The notes beneath the pieces were generated by a model. That model was not told the origin of the DNA and ran no database searches. It worked only from the letters and a program-made list of their open reading frames with translations. Shown piece after piece: positions 51,254-63,159 of a DNA stretch of 64,000 nucleotides; positions within the stretch are counted from its first letter, which is position 1, and every line of letters begins with the position of its first letter. The translations under genes and the position numbers were made by a program. This DNA is from an uncultured Thermoleophilia bacterium (GTDB lineage Bacteria > Actinomycetota > Thermoleophilia > UBA2241). The stretch spans positions 896,001 through 960,000 of the forward strand of contig CAVPCT010000005.1 in NCBI GenBank assembly GCA_963702475.1, in the 5' to 3' direction.

Positions 51254-52368
51254 ATGACCGCCCATCCGGCACGCCAGGCCGACAGGCCCGAGGACTACGC
51301 ACGCCTCAATCTCGAGAGACGCCTCATCAAGCCGTGGGAAGACGGCATCCGCATCGACACCGCCGCGCCCAACCTGGAGTGGTGGTACATCGATGCGGAC
51401 CTGGACGACGGCACCGGGCTGTGCATGATCTTCGCGACGAAGGACGGCACCCGGCCTCACCAGCCTCTGGGGCCGCAGATCGAGATCGACGTCACCCTGC
51501 CCGACGGTACGCGCATGGTGCGGTCCTGGTATCCCAAGATCGAGGAGTTCAGCGCGTCCAAGGACGGCTGCGACGTCCGCATGGGCGACTGCCGCTTCAC
51601 CGGCGACCTGCACGAGTACCGGGTCACGGGGCACGCCGAGGAGCTCTCGGCCGACATCCGGCTCGAGGGGATCACGGAGCCGTGGCGCCCGGAGAGCGGC
51701 CTTCTGCTCTTCGGGCCCAACGACGAGCACTTCTTCGGCTGGACGCCGTTCGTGCCCTTCGGCAAGGTGACGGCCACGTACAAGATCGGCGACGAGGTCC
51801 ACGAGGCCACCGGCAGGGGCTATCACGACCACAACTGGACGAACACCGATCTCGGCCACCTGATCGACCACTGGTGGTGGGCAAGGGGAGAGGTCGGTCC
51901 GTACACGTTCCTCGCGGCACACATCGTGGCCACGAAAAGTACGGCTACACCCCGTTCCACTGGTTCATGCTGGCGCGCGACGGCAAGGTGATCGCGGACG
52001 ACGGGTCCAAGATGTCCTTCACGACGCACGGAGCCGAGATCAACGAGAAGACCGGCAAGCCCGAGCCGGATGCTGTCTCCTTCGACTACCAGGACGGCGG
52101 CACGCGCTACGAGCTGACCATGACGCGCCAGAAGACGCTCGTAGCCTACACGTGGATCGACTTTGCCAAGGGACTGCAGAAGGAGCTGCTGAAGCTGATC
52201 CGCTACCCAGGCGGCTACATGCGCTTCCTGGCGGCCACGGACCTGAAGTGCTACCAGGACGGCGAGCTCGTGGAGCAGTACGAGAAGACGGGAGCGTTCG
52301 AGCAGATCTTCTACCAGCGCAAGATCCACGAGGAGTCGCTGGAGCGCGACCTGGCCGAGAAGCACTAG
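51254..52368 (+). CDS. second CrtC/AttH-like paralog (frameshift near 51935)
   Basis: WEDGIR, EWWYID, GYHDHNW; collinear with 47678-48781. Confidence 0.8.
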
Positions 52369-52375
52369 GAAGGAG

Positions 52376-52422
52376 TGGTGCCCCCGGCTGGAATCGAACC
52401 AGCGACACCAGGTTCAGTAAAC
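52376..52422 (-). repeat. att site: 3' half of tRNA-Arg
   Basis: 47 bp with T-stem variant GCTGG/CCAGC. Confidence 0.88.
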
Positions 52423-53011
52423 GCCAGTGGCCCGTCCGCCGGGTGAGCGACTGTGCGCGAAAGTGCTGCACAATCCAGGTTTCTGGCCACGCTCGGTGAC
52501 GTGTCGTATTCAGGCGTGACGCGCCATGCTGAGGCGTCTTGTCGGCACCATGTCGGCGGATCTGGCGCAGTCCACTGGCGGCGAAGGACAGCCAGCGCGG
52601 GGAATCACGCTTCGGCCGGTCGGTGGTCTCCTCGAGCCGGATCTCCCAGATCCGCATCTGCGGCTCCAGTTCCTCCTCGGTGAAGGAGTTGACCACGTTG
52701 GCAGCGTGCCGCCTCACGTCGACCCAGGTACGGTTGATGACGTTCGACCACGCCGCGCGACTCGATGCAGTCGATCAGCCGGGCGTGGTCTGGAGTCGGC
52801 CATATGTGGCTGGAACGGGCCGCTTCGCCGACGCTCTACCGACTCACCAGCGCCGGCCGCTGGCCGCGCCGACCATCATCCTCGATACCATCCAGGCACC
52901 TTCCCGGACGATGGTCGCCGCACCAGGCCGGTTCCACGTACTCGTTGACGGGGTTTCGTCCTAGCTGCTTCACCCAAGACACGCCCCTGGCCTCGTGTGG
53001 CGCGCGCGAGG

Positions 53012-53428
53012 TCAGTGGACCGTGAAGTGGACGGTCTTGCTCCAGGGGCCGTTGCCGGCGGCGTTGCTGGCCCGGACCTTCCAGCTGTCATCGTCGTACT
53101 TGGTCAGCTCCGAAGTGCCGGGAAAGCGACACGAATGCACGCTCGAGCCCGACGGGAGCGTCACGGTCGTGGTGAGCGCCAACTGGCCGTTCACGTAGAT
53201 GCGCACTTCGTAGCCGGTGACGCCCTTGACCCTGCTCCACGTGAAGGTCGGTTGGGTGTCAGTGATGGTGCCCTTGGGTGCCTTGGCAACGGGTCTCCCC
53301 GGCTTGGCGGTCTTGCCTAGGCTCTCGTGGCCAGCGGCCGAGGAACCGGCGAGCGGCACGGCGACCGGGAGCGCGAGGACGCATAACAGGGCGAGGGCGA
53401 GGGCGAACGCGAGAAATGCCTTCTTCAT
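53012..53428 (-). CDS. secreted protein with fibronectin type III-like domain
   Basis: Signal peptide; PTFTWS...GYEV...WKVRASNAAGNGPWS. Confidence 0.75.
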   Translation of the reverse strand: MKKAFLAFALALALLCVLALPVAVPLAGSSAAGHESLGKTAKPGRPVAKAPKGTITDTQPTFTWSRVKGVTGYEVRIYVNGQLALTTTVTLPSGSSVHSCRFPGTSELTKYDDDSWKVRASNAAGNGPWSKTVHFTVH

Positions 53429-53849
53429 GGCGCGAGTCCTTTCGTGAACTGCGGGCAGGGCGGTCGCCACGCTGCAGTCCGCAGGCGCCGCCAGGTCGAT
53501 TGCGCCATAGCCCCCCCTCGCAAACCTCCCCGCGCCCGACCTCATGATGCGCGAAGACCGGCCTTGCGGGCCGGTCTCACCAGTGGCTCCCCGCCGGACT
53601 GCGGTGGCCGCAGTGCTACGTCCGGCGGATCATGGCCTCCCGTGTGAAGCGATGCTTCTGTCAGGAGTGTCGTATGGGCTAGGTCTACGCCTCGACGACA
53701 GTCGGTTCAAGCGTTTGGCGCCGCACGCAGCTTCGGAGATGACCGGCTTGGTTCCCAATAGTCTCCTCCGGGGTTCCTCGTTCCTGACGATAGCGCCCCG
53801 ACGACAGCGAGTGACCTATCAGGTATCCACGCCCAGACGGCCAGTCACG

Positions 53850-54310
53850 CGCACAGGTCTCGATGACCTGGCAGTGCACCTGCAGGTGCCGACCGCACGT
53901 CGACGTCGACACGATACGCCTGGCGCTCCTGCAGCCCCGAAGTTCCCTGCTGCAGGCGCCAGAGCAGCCCTGGGTTCGCGACCACGCGCTCGCACAACTC
54001 AGGCGCGCCGAGGAGTCCCGCGTCGAGTGTCCCCGCGTCCAATGCGCGCAAGTGGTCCCGGCAGGTAGCCACTGCTGCCGGCGACGCGCTCCTAGTAGCG
54101 ACCCGAGGGGTACATGCTCACGCGCTCCCCGGAGCCAAGTAGGGTGGGACGATCAGGTTCCAGCGCGCCACGAGGCGCCCGCCTGGGCGTCGCTCCGCGA
54201 GATAGACACGGTGGGGCGGCCGACGCTGCAGGAGAGCGCGCAGGAGCGGCGCCTCGAGGTCGAAGAGGCCGGAGCGCTCGAGGATGAAGTCCCCCAGTGG
54301 CAGCATGCCG
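53850..54310 (-). pseudogene. degraded type IV toxin-antitoxin (AbiEi C-terminus plus AbiEii-like remnant)
   Basis: GRLVARWNLIVP resembles the AbiEi C-terminus; overlapping downstream remnant with GT...RVDVDV. Confidence 0.5.
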
Positions 54311-54401
54311 TCGCCTCCTCAAGCCACACACACGTGGTGTGCCAACGAAGGAGCGCAGGTGGCTGACGTCGTTACCCGCTGTAGGCCTGGCCTGCTCCCC
54401 G

Positions 54402-55625
54402 TCAGGGCAGTTGCGCCAGCCGGACGGCCAAGGACGGCCCGTGGGCGGGTAGCCCCAGCTTCCGCCGCAGGTTCGTCCTGTGGAACGCCACTGTACTCTG
54501 CGCGATGAAGAGCGCCTCGGCGATCTCGGCAGAGCTCTTGCCCGCCCTGATGAGGTTGGCGATCTCGCGCTCCCTGAGCGTGAGCTGCGCGCCGGCCAAG
54601 GCGTCGAGCGACTGGGCGAAGGGGTGCACGAGCTCTCTCAGGTTGCGGATCGCGGCATCCGCATAGATCGCCTCGGGGGTCGCAGCGAGCTGCCGGCGCA
54701 GCCGCTCGAGGAGCGGCACGATCATCGCCTCTGCGTTCGTCACGATGGTCTGCTCGAGCTCATCGCGGTCACGGTTGCGCTGGTCGAGAATGACGCGCAG
54801 CGCCGTGTTGGCGTCCTCCAGCGCGGCGGCCTGGCGGCTCAACGACTCCCCCGAGGCCTCGAGTGCCCGCTGCAGGTTCTTGTGCTCGGTGATGTCGGTG
54901 CCGAGCGCGAAGCAGGTGCGCTCGCCCTCGTAGAGGAAGGGCAGAAGCGTCACCGTCAACGCCTTGGGCGCGCCGCCGACCGACAACTCCAGGTCGAAGC
55001 TCGTCGCCGACCCGATGCTCGCCAGCGCCGTACCGACGGCGGCCGCTGCCTCCTTGCCCCAGCGCCCGGCGACGTTCTTCCGGAGCAGCGCGGCGCGGCT
55101 CACGGCGAGGAACTTCAGACCGGCACGGTTGGCATCCAGGAAGCGGCCGTCCTCGGCGATCTGGTAGGCCGGGTTGACGGCCTGCGCGAAGAGCGTCTGG
55201 TAGAGCTCGCTCGCTCGGCGCTGCACCTTCTCTGCCTCGCGCTCGCGGGTGACGTCGCGGATGGCACCGATCATGTGCGTCGAGCGCCCCTCTTCGTCAG
55301 TCAGGATGACGCCGCGGTCATGGACGAGGATGTGAGTGCCGTCGCCGCGCAGCATGCGGTACTCGCCCTCGTAGACGCCGCCCCTGGCCACCGCGCGCTG
55401 ATTGTTGCGGAGCGTTTCAGCGCGATCCTCGGGGTGCACGCGCCCGCGCCAGCCGTCGAAGGTCCTCGGCAGCAGGCCGGGCCTGAGCCGCAGCAGGGCG
55501 TCCATCTGACCCGACATCTCCATGGAGCCGGTCTGGATGTGCCAGTCGTAGTAGGCGTCAAAGACGGCATCCACGAAGGCTCGCAGGCGCGCGTCACTCG
55601 GCGCCGGCGTTGAGGCTTCGACCAT
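54402..55625 (-). CDS. PAS-PAS-LuxR transcriptional regulator
   Basis: RVHPEDR PAS motif; LTLREREIANLI...TVAFHRTNLRRKLG. Confidence 0.9.
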   Translation of the reverse strand: MVEASTPAPSDARLRAFVDAVFDAYYDWHIQTGSMEMSGQMDALLRLRPGLLPRTFDGWRGRVHPEDRAETLRNNQRAVARGGVYEGEYRMLRGDGTHILVHDRGVILTDEEGRSTHMIGAIRDVTREREAEKVQRRASELYQTLFAQAVNPAYQIAEDGRFLDANRAGLKFLAVSRAALLRKNVAGRWGKEAAAAVGTALASIGSATSFDLELSVGGAPKALTVTLLPFLYEGERTCFALGTDITEHKNLQRALEASGESLSRQAAALEDANTALRVILDQRNRDRDELEQTIVTNAEAMIVPLLERLRRQLAATPEAIYADAAIRNLRELVHPFAQSLDALAGAQLTLREREIANLIRAGKSSAEIAEALFIAQSTVAFHRTNLRRKLGLPAHGPSLAVRLAQLP

Positions 55626-55770
55626 GGTGACCTCCTACGGTGCCGTCTGCGGGTGCCCTGAGACCTGTCATCAGTGACAGGTTCTACCTCATACTCCCCC
55701 CACATACTACTCCCACTACGACGCGCGCGCCGTGGCTAGACTCGCAGCAGTACCGTACCGAGGAGGAGCC

Positions 55771-56034
55771 ATGAGCCCTGCTATGACACTCGACGACGTG
55801 CTCCATGCCGACCGGCCTGCCTGCACAGAGGATCTGCTGTACCGGTATGAGCCGCGCAACCGCCAGTTTATGAGAGCCTGCACGATCCGCTTCGCGCCGG
55901 CATGGCTGGCGGTCCCGGCGCCCGCTCAGAAGGGTCTCGTGTGGCATCATGACGACGGCTGCCAATGCCGCTGGTGCGCGGCGAGGACAGAGGCCGCCCC
56001 CGTGGCCCAAGAGCGCATCGCCGTCGCCTGCTGA
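55771..56034 (+). CDS. small Cys/His-rich hypothetical protein
   Basis: RBS AGGAGGAG; WHHDDGCQCRWC; divergent from the PAS-LuxR gene. Confidence 0.6.
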   Translation: MSPAMTLDDVLHADRPACTEDLLYRYEPRNRQFMRACTIRFAPAWLAVPAPAQKGLVWHHDDGCQCRWCAARTEAAPVAQERIAVAC

Positions 56035-56752
56035 GGACGAAGCAGCATCTGTTCGCGGGTCCAGCACCAGCGTCGACCTTGCACGAACGCTCTCAGGCCC
56101 TCTCCGAGGGCCGTGTCTGCCCCTGTCGCACCCTGACGCTCGACCGCAGGCATGGCCCCGGACGTGGGCCTCGCCAGAGAGTGCAGGGAACCTCTCCTTC
56201 AAGTCGTCCTGTGGCATGCCCCCGCCCTCGATCTTCTCCCTGGGATTCAGCAGTCCGCGTGAGACGCCCGGTGCAGCTGTCTACTTCTGGATAGGACCCT
56301 ACTACCAGGTTCTGAGGAGCGGCATCAGTGGTCTGCGGACGGCCCTGCCTCCGCGTCGACACGCTGCCGCCGTGGTGCGTCTGGCTGATCGTCTCGGGCG
56401 TCGTGGGCATCGCGTCCTCCCTGCTCCCTACTACCAGCATCATCGCTCTGGATGCGCCCATAGCAACTTCTTTCGCTGTGGCACGTGGGCCTGAAGTCAC
56501 AGGTCTGGACAACTTGTAGCCCCGCCCTTCTGCCTGCACCCAGCGATCGCGCCGACGGCAGACCGACGTGGTCGCTAGAGGCGGTGGCCGCTCTCGCCAA
56601 GGAAGGGCCTGAGTCTCGCCTTGCCTCTTGCCGTCGTGAGTACGGCCGGCGGGCGAGGCGAGGCGGCGCTCGGGCGGGGCGGCACATGACCGGGGAGCTA
56701 CCCGCGTCGGGCCCGCGCCCTGCGCACTATCGCCGCGCCCTCGGGCCCGGCG

Positions 56753-58693
<1,941 letters not shown>

Positions 58694-58866
58694 GTCATAC
58701 CTTCAGTGTTCGATGCGGCTGCGTTGGCAGCGGTCCCCCGTGTGTACCCTGATGAGGGCAAGCAGCCACGGAGATCTCAAGTGAGAGGTCAGGGCCCTCT
58801 GACCCAGAGTACTCCTTTCGCCACACGTGAGTTCGGCGCCCTGGCGGTTGGCGGGCGAAGAGCGCT

Positions 58867-59076
58867 CTAGGAGGTCGCCGGAGCGCTCGAAGGTCTGCGC
58901 CGTCCCGGACCCGCACCCGAAGACCCCTCGGCGGTCAGGTAGTAGTGCGAGTCTCCTCCTCTCGCCCGTCCCTCCACGACGAGGTCCGTGAGATCCTGCG
59001 TCGAAGGCATGCCGGCAGCAAGCGAGACGCCGGCGCCGAAGAGGAAGCCCACGCGCGGAGCAGTACGACGATTCAT
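58867..59076 (-). pseudogene. truncated SIR2-like protein N-terminus
   Basis: FLFGAGVSLAAGMPST, after which the ORF ends. Confidence 0.6.
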
Positions 59077-59301
59077 CCACTCCCCCCGGGGCTGATGGGT
59101 CTTGTCCCGCTCACAGACAGGCCAACCTCTGTGGCGTAAGAACGCCATGTCAGCCTAGCACCGTGGCCGCGACCGCCCGGTGACGCGAGGTGTCGTACTG
59201 TGCCGCCGCGTCTCGTCAGGAACACACCGGCGATCTTGGCCGGGCGGACAAGTACGCTGCCGAACGCCACAGCGCGAAACGGCCGCGTGCAGCACGAAGA
59301 G

Positions 59302-59377
59302 TGGTGCCCCCGGGCTGGATCGAACAGCCGACACCAGGTTTAGGAAACCTGTGCTCTATCCACTGAGCTACGAGGGC
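59302..59377 (-). tRNA. tRNA-Arg(CCT)
   Basis: GCCCTCG TA GCTC AGTGGATA GAGC A CAGGT TTCCTAA ACCTG GTGTC GGCTG TTCGATC CAGCC CGGGGGC A CCA forms a full 76-nt cloverleaf. Confidence 0.97.
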
Positions 59378-59550
59378 AAAGTGCCGATTTGCAGGTACTT
59401 TGTGTTCCTGCGGCTGGGCAAGGATACCACGAGTTGCCAAGAAGTTGCTAAACCTGCAGGAAACGTGCGCGGCCCGCCCTCAGGGCGGCACGTTTCTGTG
59501 GCAGACGCGCCGGGTAGGACGGTGACGCTTGCAACTGTTTCGACAGTGCA

Positions 59551-59598
59551 AACCGCCGCGCCAAGGCGCATCTGAACCGCCGCGCCAAGGCGCATCTG
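59551..59598. repeat. perfect 24-bp tandem duplication
   Basis: AACCGCCGCGCCAAGGCGCATCTG x2. Confidence 0.9.
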
Positions 59599-59623
59599 TC
59601 AAGATCACACAGCGGACGGCCAC

Positions 59624-60442
59624 ATGAGAATCCAGCCCAGACCCGCCATCGCCTGGGCCATCGGCATCGGCTGCGCACTGCTCTTCCTCGGCCTCGAGGC
59701 GATCGTGGGGATCGACTACGACACGATCGGGACCACGACCGACACCATCGTCAAGGGGATCGTCATTCCTCTGGTCGTGGGCTCCATCGTCCTCATCATC
59801 GTCACGACGTGGCTCGGCTGGTGGCGTCCCGTCTTGCATGAGCTGCCGGAGGGCCCCCCACGGCCGCCGCGCTGGCTGCTTGCCGTGCCCGTCCTCGTCT
59901 TGATCGCCGTCCTGCTCGGCATCGACTACGGCAACCTCGGCAACATGGGCGCCGCCATGATCCTCTGGCTGGCCCTCGGCACGGCGCTCGTCGGCTTCAG
60001 CGAGGAGATCACCTACCGCGGCCTCGCCCTCGTCGGCTTCCGCGGCGCCTACAGCGAGGTCAAGGTCTGGCTCTTCACCTCGCTCCTCTTCGGCCTCCTG
60101 CACGGCGTGAACCTCATCCTCGGTCAGGGCGCGGTGCCCACCGCCCGCCAGTTCATCTTTGCCTTCGTCCTCGGCAGCGTCTTCTACGCCATCCGCCGCA
60201 TCAGCGGCACGATCGTCGTCGTCATGGTCCTCCACGCGCTCTGGGACTTCGGCTCCTTCACCCACGTGGCCGGCAAGGCCACTGGCGCTGCGGCGGTCCA
60301 GACGGACATCGCCACCGCCGGAGCCGGTCTGCTGCAGTCGCTGCTCGTGCTGACCGCGATCATCCTCGTCATCATCGGGGCGAAGAAGATCCTCAAGCCC
60401 AGGGCGACCGTGCAGGCGCCCGCCGAGCCGCAGAGCGCGTGA
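59624..60442 (+). CDS. CPBP (CAAX/Abi) intramembrane metalloprotease
   Basis: EEITYRG, FGLLH, HALWD. Confidence 0.9.
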   Translation: MRIQPRPAIAWAIGIGCALLFLGLEAIVGIDYDTIGTTTDTIVKGIVIPLVVGSIVLIIVTTWLGWWRPVLHELPEGPPRPPRWLLAVPVLVLIAVLLGIDYGNLGNMGAAMILWLALGTALVGFSEEITYRGLALVGFRGAYSEVKVWLFTSLLFGLLHGVNLILGQGAVPTARQFIFAFVLGSVFYAIRRISGTIVVVMVLHALWDFGSFTHVAGKATGAAAVQTDIATAGAGLLQSLLVLTAIILVIIGAKKILKPRATVQAPAEPQSA

Positions 60443-60479
60443 CGCGCTCGTCCTTCGACAACTGAGCAAGGAGACGACC

Positions 60480-60806
60480 ATGATCGTCACGACCACCTCC
60501 ACCGTAGAGGGCCGGCCCATCGCCGAGTACAAGGGCATCGTCAGCGGGACGGCGATCCATGGGGTCAACGTGGGCAAGGATTTCAAGGCTTTCGGCCGCA
60601 ACCTCGTCGGCGGTCGCGCCGGCGCCTACGAGGACGAGATCGGCAAGGCCCAGAGCGAGGCCATGGCGGAGATGCAGAAGGCCGCCGAGGACCTGGGCGC
60701 CAACGCGATCGTCGGCGTCTCCCTCGATATCGAAGGCGTGGGCACCAACACCTCGATGCTGCTCGTCACCGTGTCGGGCACGGCCGTCGTGGTCGCACCG
60801 GGCTGA
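60480..60806 (+). CDS. YbjQ / UPF0145 family protein
   Basis: MIVTTT..VEG, GGRAGAYE, GANAIVGV, SGTAV. Confidence 0.9.
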   Translation: MIVTTTSTVEGRPIAEYKGIVSGTAIHGVNVGKDFKAFGRNLVGGRAGAYEDEIGKAQSEAMAEMQKAAEDLGANAIVGVSLDIEGVGTNTSMLLVTVSGTAVVVAPG

Positions 60807-60878
60807 CCCAGCGCCTCGCTAGCCGCGACGGTTGGCGAGCGGGCGGGCATGCGCGCCGCGCCGCCGGCCCTCTCAAGA

Positions 60879-60960
60879 ATCGCGGGAGGGCTCGCGAGCG
60901 ACGGTCCCGAGCAACGCGAGGAACAGCGGGCGCATTGACCACCACGTCCCGCGAGCCCGT
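60879..60960. repeat. 82-bp hairpin-forming direct repeat, copy 1
   Basis: 74/82 identical to 62320-62401. Confidence 0.85.
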
Positions 60961-61225
60961 CCTGCGGTTGGCCGGAGGGAGTCCTTGCCGACCACATCGA
61001 AGTACACCCGGCGGTCGAGAAGCTGCTGGCCCAGCCCTTCACCGCGCACCAGCGGCTCAGCTGACCTGGCCGATCACCTCGATCTCCGCTCTGACCGACT
61101 GAGCGGACTCGGGGAGACGCTCCGGGCCTGAGACAGCCGCCGGACGAACGGCCGACCCGGCGGGAGCCGGCAGAGCGAGTATCGCGCACCGCGCCGCGAC
61201 CGTCGGGTCGCTGCGCGTCGCCGGG

Positions 61226-61708
61226 TCACCCCCGGGCGACCTGGTCGAGCAGCTCCGCGAAATCGCTCAGCTCGGTCCGCAGCATGCTCGAGGTCGCGGG
61301 GAGATCGTCGACCAGCTCACCGACACGTCGCCGGTCGAGGACGTAGGCGTACACGTTGCGGACCACGTGGCGGAAGCCGCGGTATCGGTCGAGTTCTTGG
61401 GCGAGCTGTTCCGAGACCACGGCCGGGCGCACATCGGGCAGCGCGAATGTCATCTGCCGCAAGAGCTCCTGATGCCAGGCTGAGCCCGTCGGCACAGACT
61501 CGTCGATGCGCTCCGCCACGGTCAGGAACACGCGCTCCAGACCCGCGTAGAACCCATGCAGGTTCAGCGCCGCAGCATCGACGTTGTAGCCGCCGGGGCT
61601 TGCCGCCGCATCTGTCCAGGCGCCGGCCACCCGATCGGCGACCTTCTGCAGGGCTTCCAGCTCTCGCCGGATCACCCCGGCCACGGTCAGATAGTCGCCT
61701 CTACTCAC
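61226..61708 (-). CDS. HEPN-domain (HepT-like) toxin
   Basis: LHGFYAGLE, WHQELL, FRHVVRNVY. Confidence 0.85.
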   Translation of the reverse strand: MSRGDYLTVAGVIRRELEALQKVADRVAGAWTDAAASPGGYNVDAAALNLHGFYAGLERVFLTVAERIDESVPTGSAWHQELLRQMTFALPDVRPAVVSEQLAQELDRYRGFRHVVRNVYAYVLDRRRVGELVDDLPATSSMLRTELSDFAELLDQVARG

Positions 61709-62079
61709 AGGGAGGCCCCCGTCTTGAGGATGGCTTCACGCAGGCCGTCCGGGCCTGCGTCGAGGTCCACCAGGTCGAACTCGAACTCGGTGAAGAGCGC
61801 GAGCAGGCGACCGAGGGCGGCGAAGTGCTCTTGCGGCCGCAGTCCCTGGGCGGCAAGGTCGATGTCGGAGCGCTCGCTGAAGTGCGTGCCTTCGGCCAGC
61901 GATCCGAACACGAGCACGCGCGACGCCCCGTACTGGGAGCGAAGAAGGTCGGCGGCCTCGCGGGCCACCGCCCAAGCCCGTTCGCGACGCTCAGCTCGGC
62001 GCCCGGCGGCCTCGGCTTCGCGGCGCCGCATGGTCCGCCGGTACGTCTCCAGCTGGTCGGCTGTCACGCTCAACGACAT
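61705..62079 (-). CDS. minimal nucleotidyltransferase (MNT) antitoxin
   Basis: VFGSLA...SDIDL; overlaps the HEPN start. Confidence 0.88.
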   Translation of the reverse strand: MSLSVTADQLETYRRTMRRREAEAAGRRAERRERAWAVAREAADLLRSQYGASRVLVFGSLAEGTHFSERSDIDLAAQGLRPQEHFAALGRLLALFTEFEFDLVDLDAGPDGLREAILKTGASL

Positions 62080-62319
62080 GCGTCGCAGTATACCGCCGTG
62101 CAGCCGCGGTACGTCGCCGTCCGCGCCCCAGGCAGGGTCGGCGCGGAGACCGCTCTGGCGGCCCGGTGCAGCGGCGGCCGGCTCGAGGCAGCCGCGGCGA
62201 CTCGTAGGACGACGCCCTCGCCGAGAGCGTGAGAGGGCTCTGCAAGCCGAAGTGATCCGCCACGAGGGAACGTGGAAGGGTCCTGGAGACGTCGAGTGCG
62301 CCACTTCGGAGTGTCCGGC

Positions 62320-62401
62320 ATCGCGGGAGGGCTCGCGAGCGACGGCCTCCAGCAGCGCGAGGAAGAGCAGGCGCATCGACCACCGCGTCCCGCGAGCCCG
62401 T
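62320..62401. repeat. 82-bp hairpin-forming direct repeat, copy 2
   Basis: 74/82 identical to 60879-60960. Confidence 0.85.
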
Positions 62402-63159
62402 TACGGCCTCCCCGAGCCGGCGAGGTGCCCAGGGGGAAGGACTTCCCCCGTCGGCCGTCGCCCCGTGAGGTGCGTCACGAGGATGTACACACTCACGAGG
62501 AGCACCCATGCCGGGAAGATCAGGATGACCCAGGAGGCCTGCGTCACGACGAAGAGGAGGAGGAGCGCTACCACGAGCGTGAGCAGCGCCATCCACCGGG
62601 GCATCACACCGGTGCGCAGCCAGAGCGTCGCCTGAGAGATCAAGAAGACGGCGGCCATCCTCAGGGCGTAGACGGTGAAGATCTGCGCCACGATCTCGCG
62701 GGCGTACAGGTAGGTGCTGCTGGCCACGAATGCCGACGGCGACTTGGCATAGGCGGCGGCGATGGCGGCCGCGGACGCGGCGGCGGCGAAGACCATCGCC
62801 AGGAAGAGCAGCCCGCTACCGAGAAAGACGGTCGAGAAGAACTGGTCCTCGAAACGTCCCAGGCGCTCCCGCGCCACGGCGATGAACCAGAGGAAGAAGA
62901 GCCCCGCGAAGGGCACGAGGGCGATGGCAAAGCGGAACGCGCCCGAGCTCAGCTCGAGCCACGCGCCCGAGTCGTCAGTCACGGCGGTCATCGTGCCGGA
63001 GATGATCGTCACGCTGACGCTGAAGAGCACGGCGAAGAGGATGCCCGCGACGGCGCCGGCGATCGGCGTCGCGGCCCGGCGCTCGACCTCGGCGGTGACC
63101 TCGGCGGAAGCAGCCTCGGTCGGTCGGCCAGCGCCGCCGCGACTCGATGTCCCGCTCAT
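62401..63159 (-). CDS. multi-TM hypothetical membrane protein
   Basis: AGAVAGILF, PFAGLFFLWFI, EDQFFSTVFLGSG, FPAWVLLVS; RBS AGGAGGAG. Confidence 0.8.
   Translation of the reverse strand: MSGTSSRGGAGRPTEAASAEVTAEVERRAATPIAGAVAGILFAVLFSVSVTIISGTMTAVTDDSGAWLELSSGAFRFAIALVPFAGLFFLWFIAVARERLGRFEDQFFSTVFLGSGLLFLAMVFAAAASAAAIAAAYAKSPSAFVASSTYLYAREIVAQIFTVYALRMAAVFLISQATLWLRTGVMPRWMALLTLVVALLLLFVVTQASWVILIFPAWVLLVSVYILVTHLTGRRPTGEVLPPGHLAGSGRP

Larger units (their letters stand above)
42909..52422. mobile_element. genomic island B (SulP, TetR, HAD, arylsulfatase cluster)
   Basis: Bounded by tRNA 3'-half repeats. Confidence 0.7.

Noticed and set aside
52560-52965. Integrase remnant next to the att at 52422
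   Set aside because: The coding-like minus-strand fragment shows no tyrosine or serine recombinase motifs that I can recognise
59302-59377. tRNA as an amber suppressor or tRNA-Pyl (the loop contains CTAA)
   Set aside because: The 7-nt loop TTCCTAA puts CCT at the anticodon, and the canonical D-, variable and T-loops are unlike tRNA-Pyl
60879-62401. 82-bp hairpin repeats as integron attC sites
   Set aside because: No proper RYYYAAC/GTTRRRY ends and no integron integrase in view
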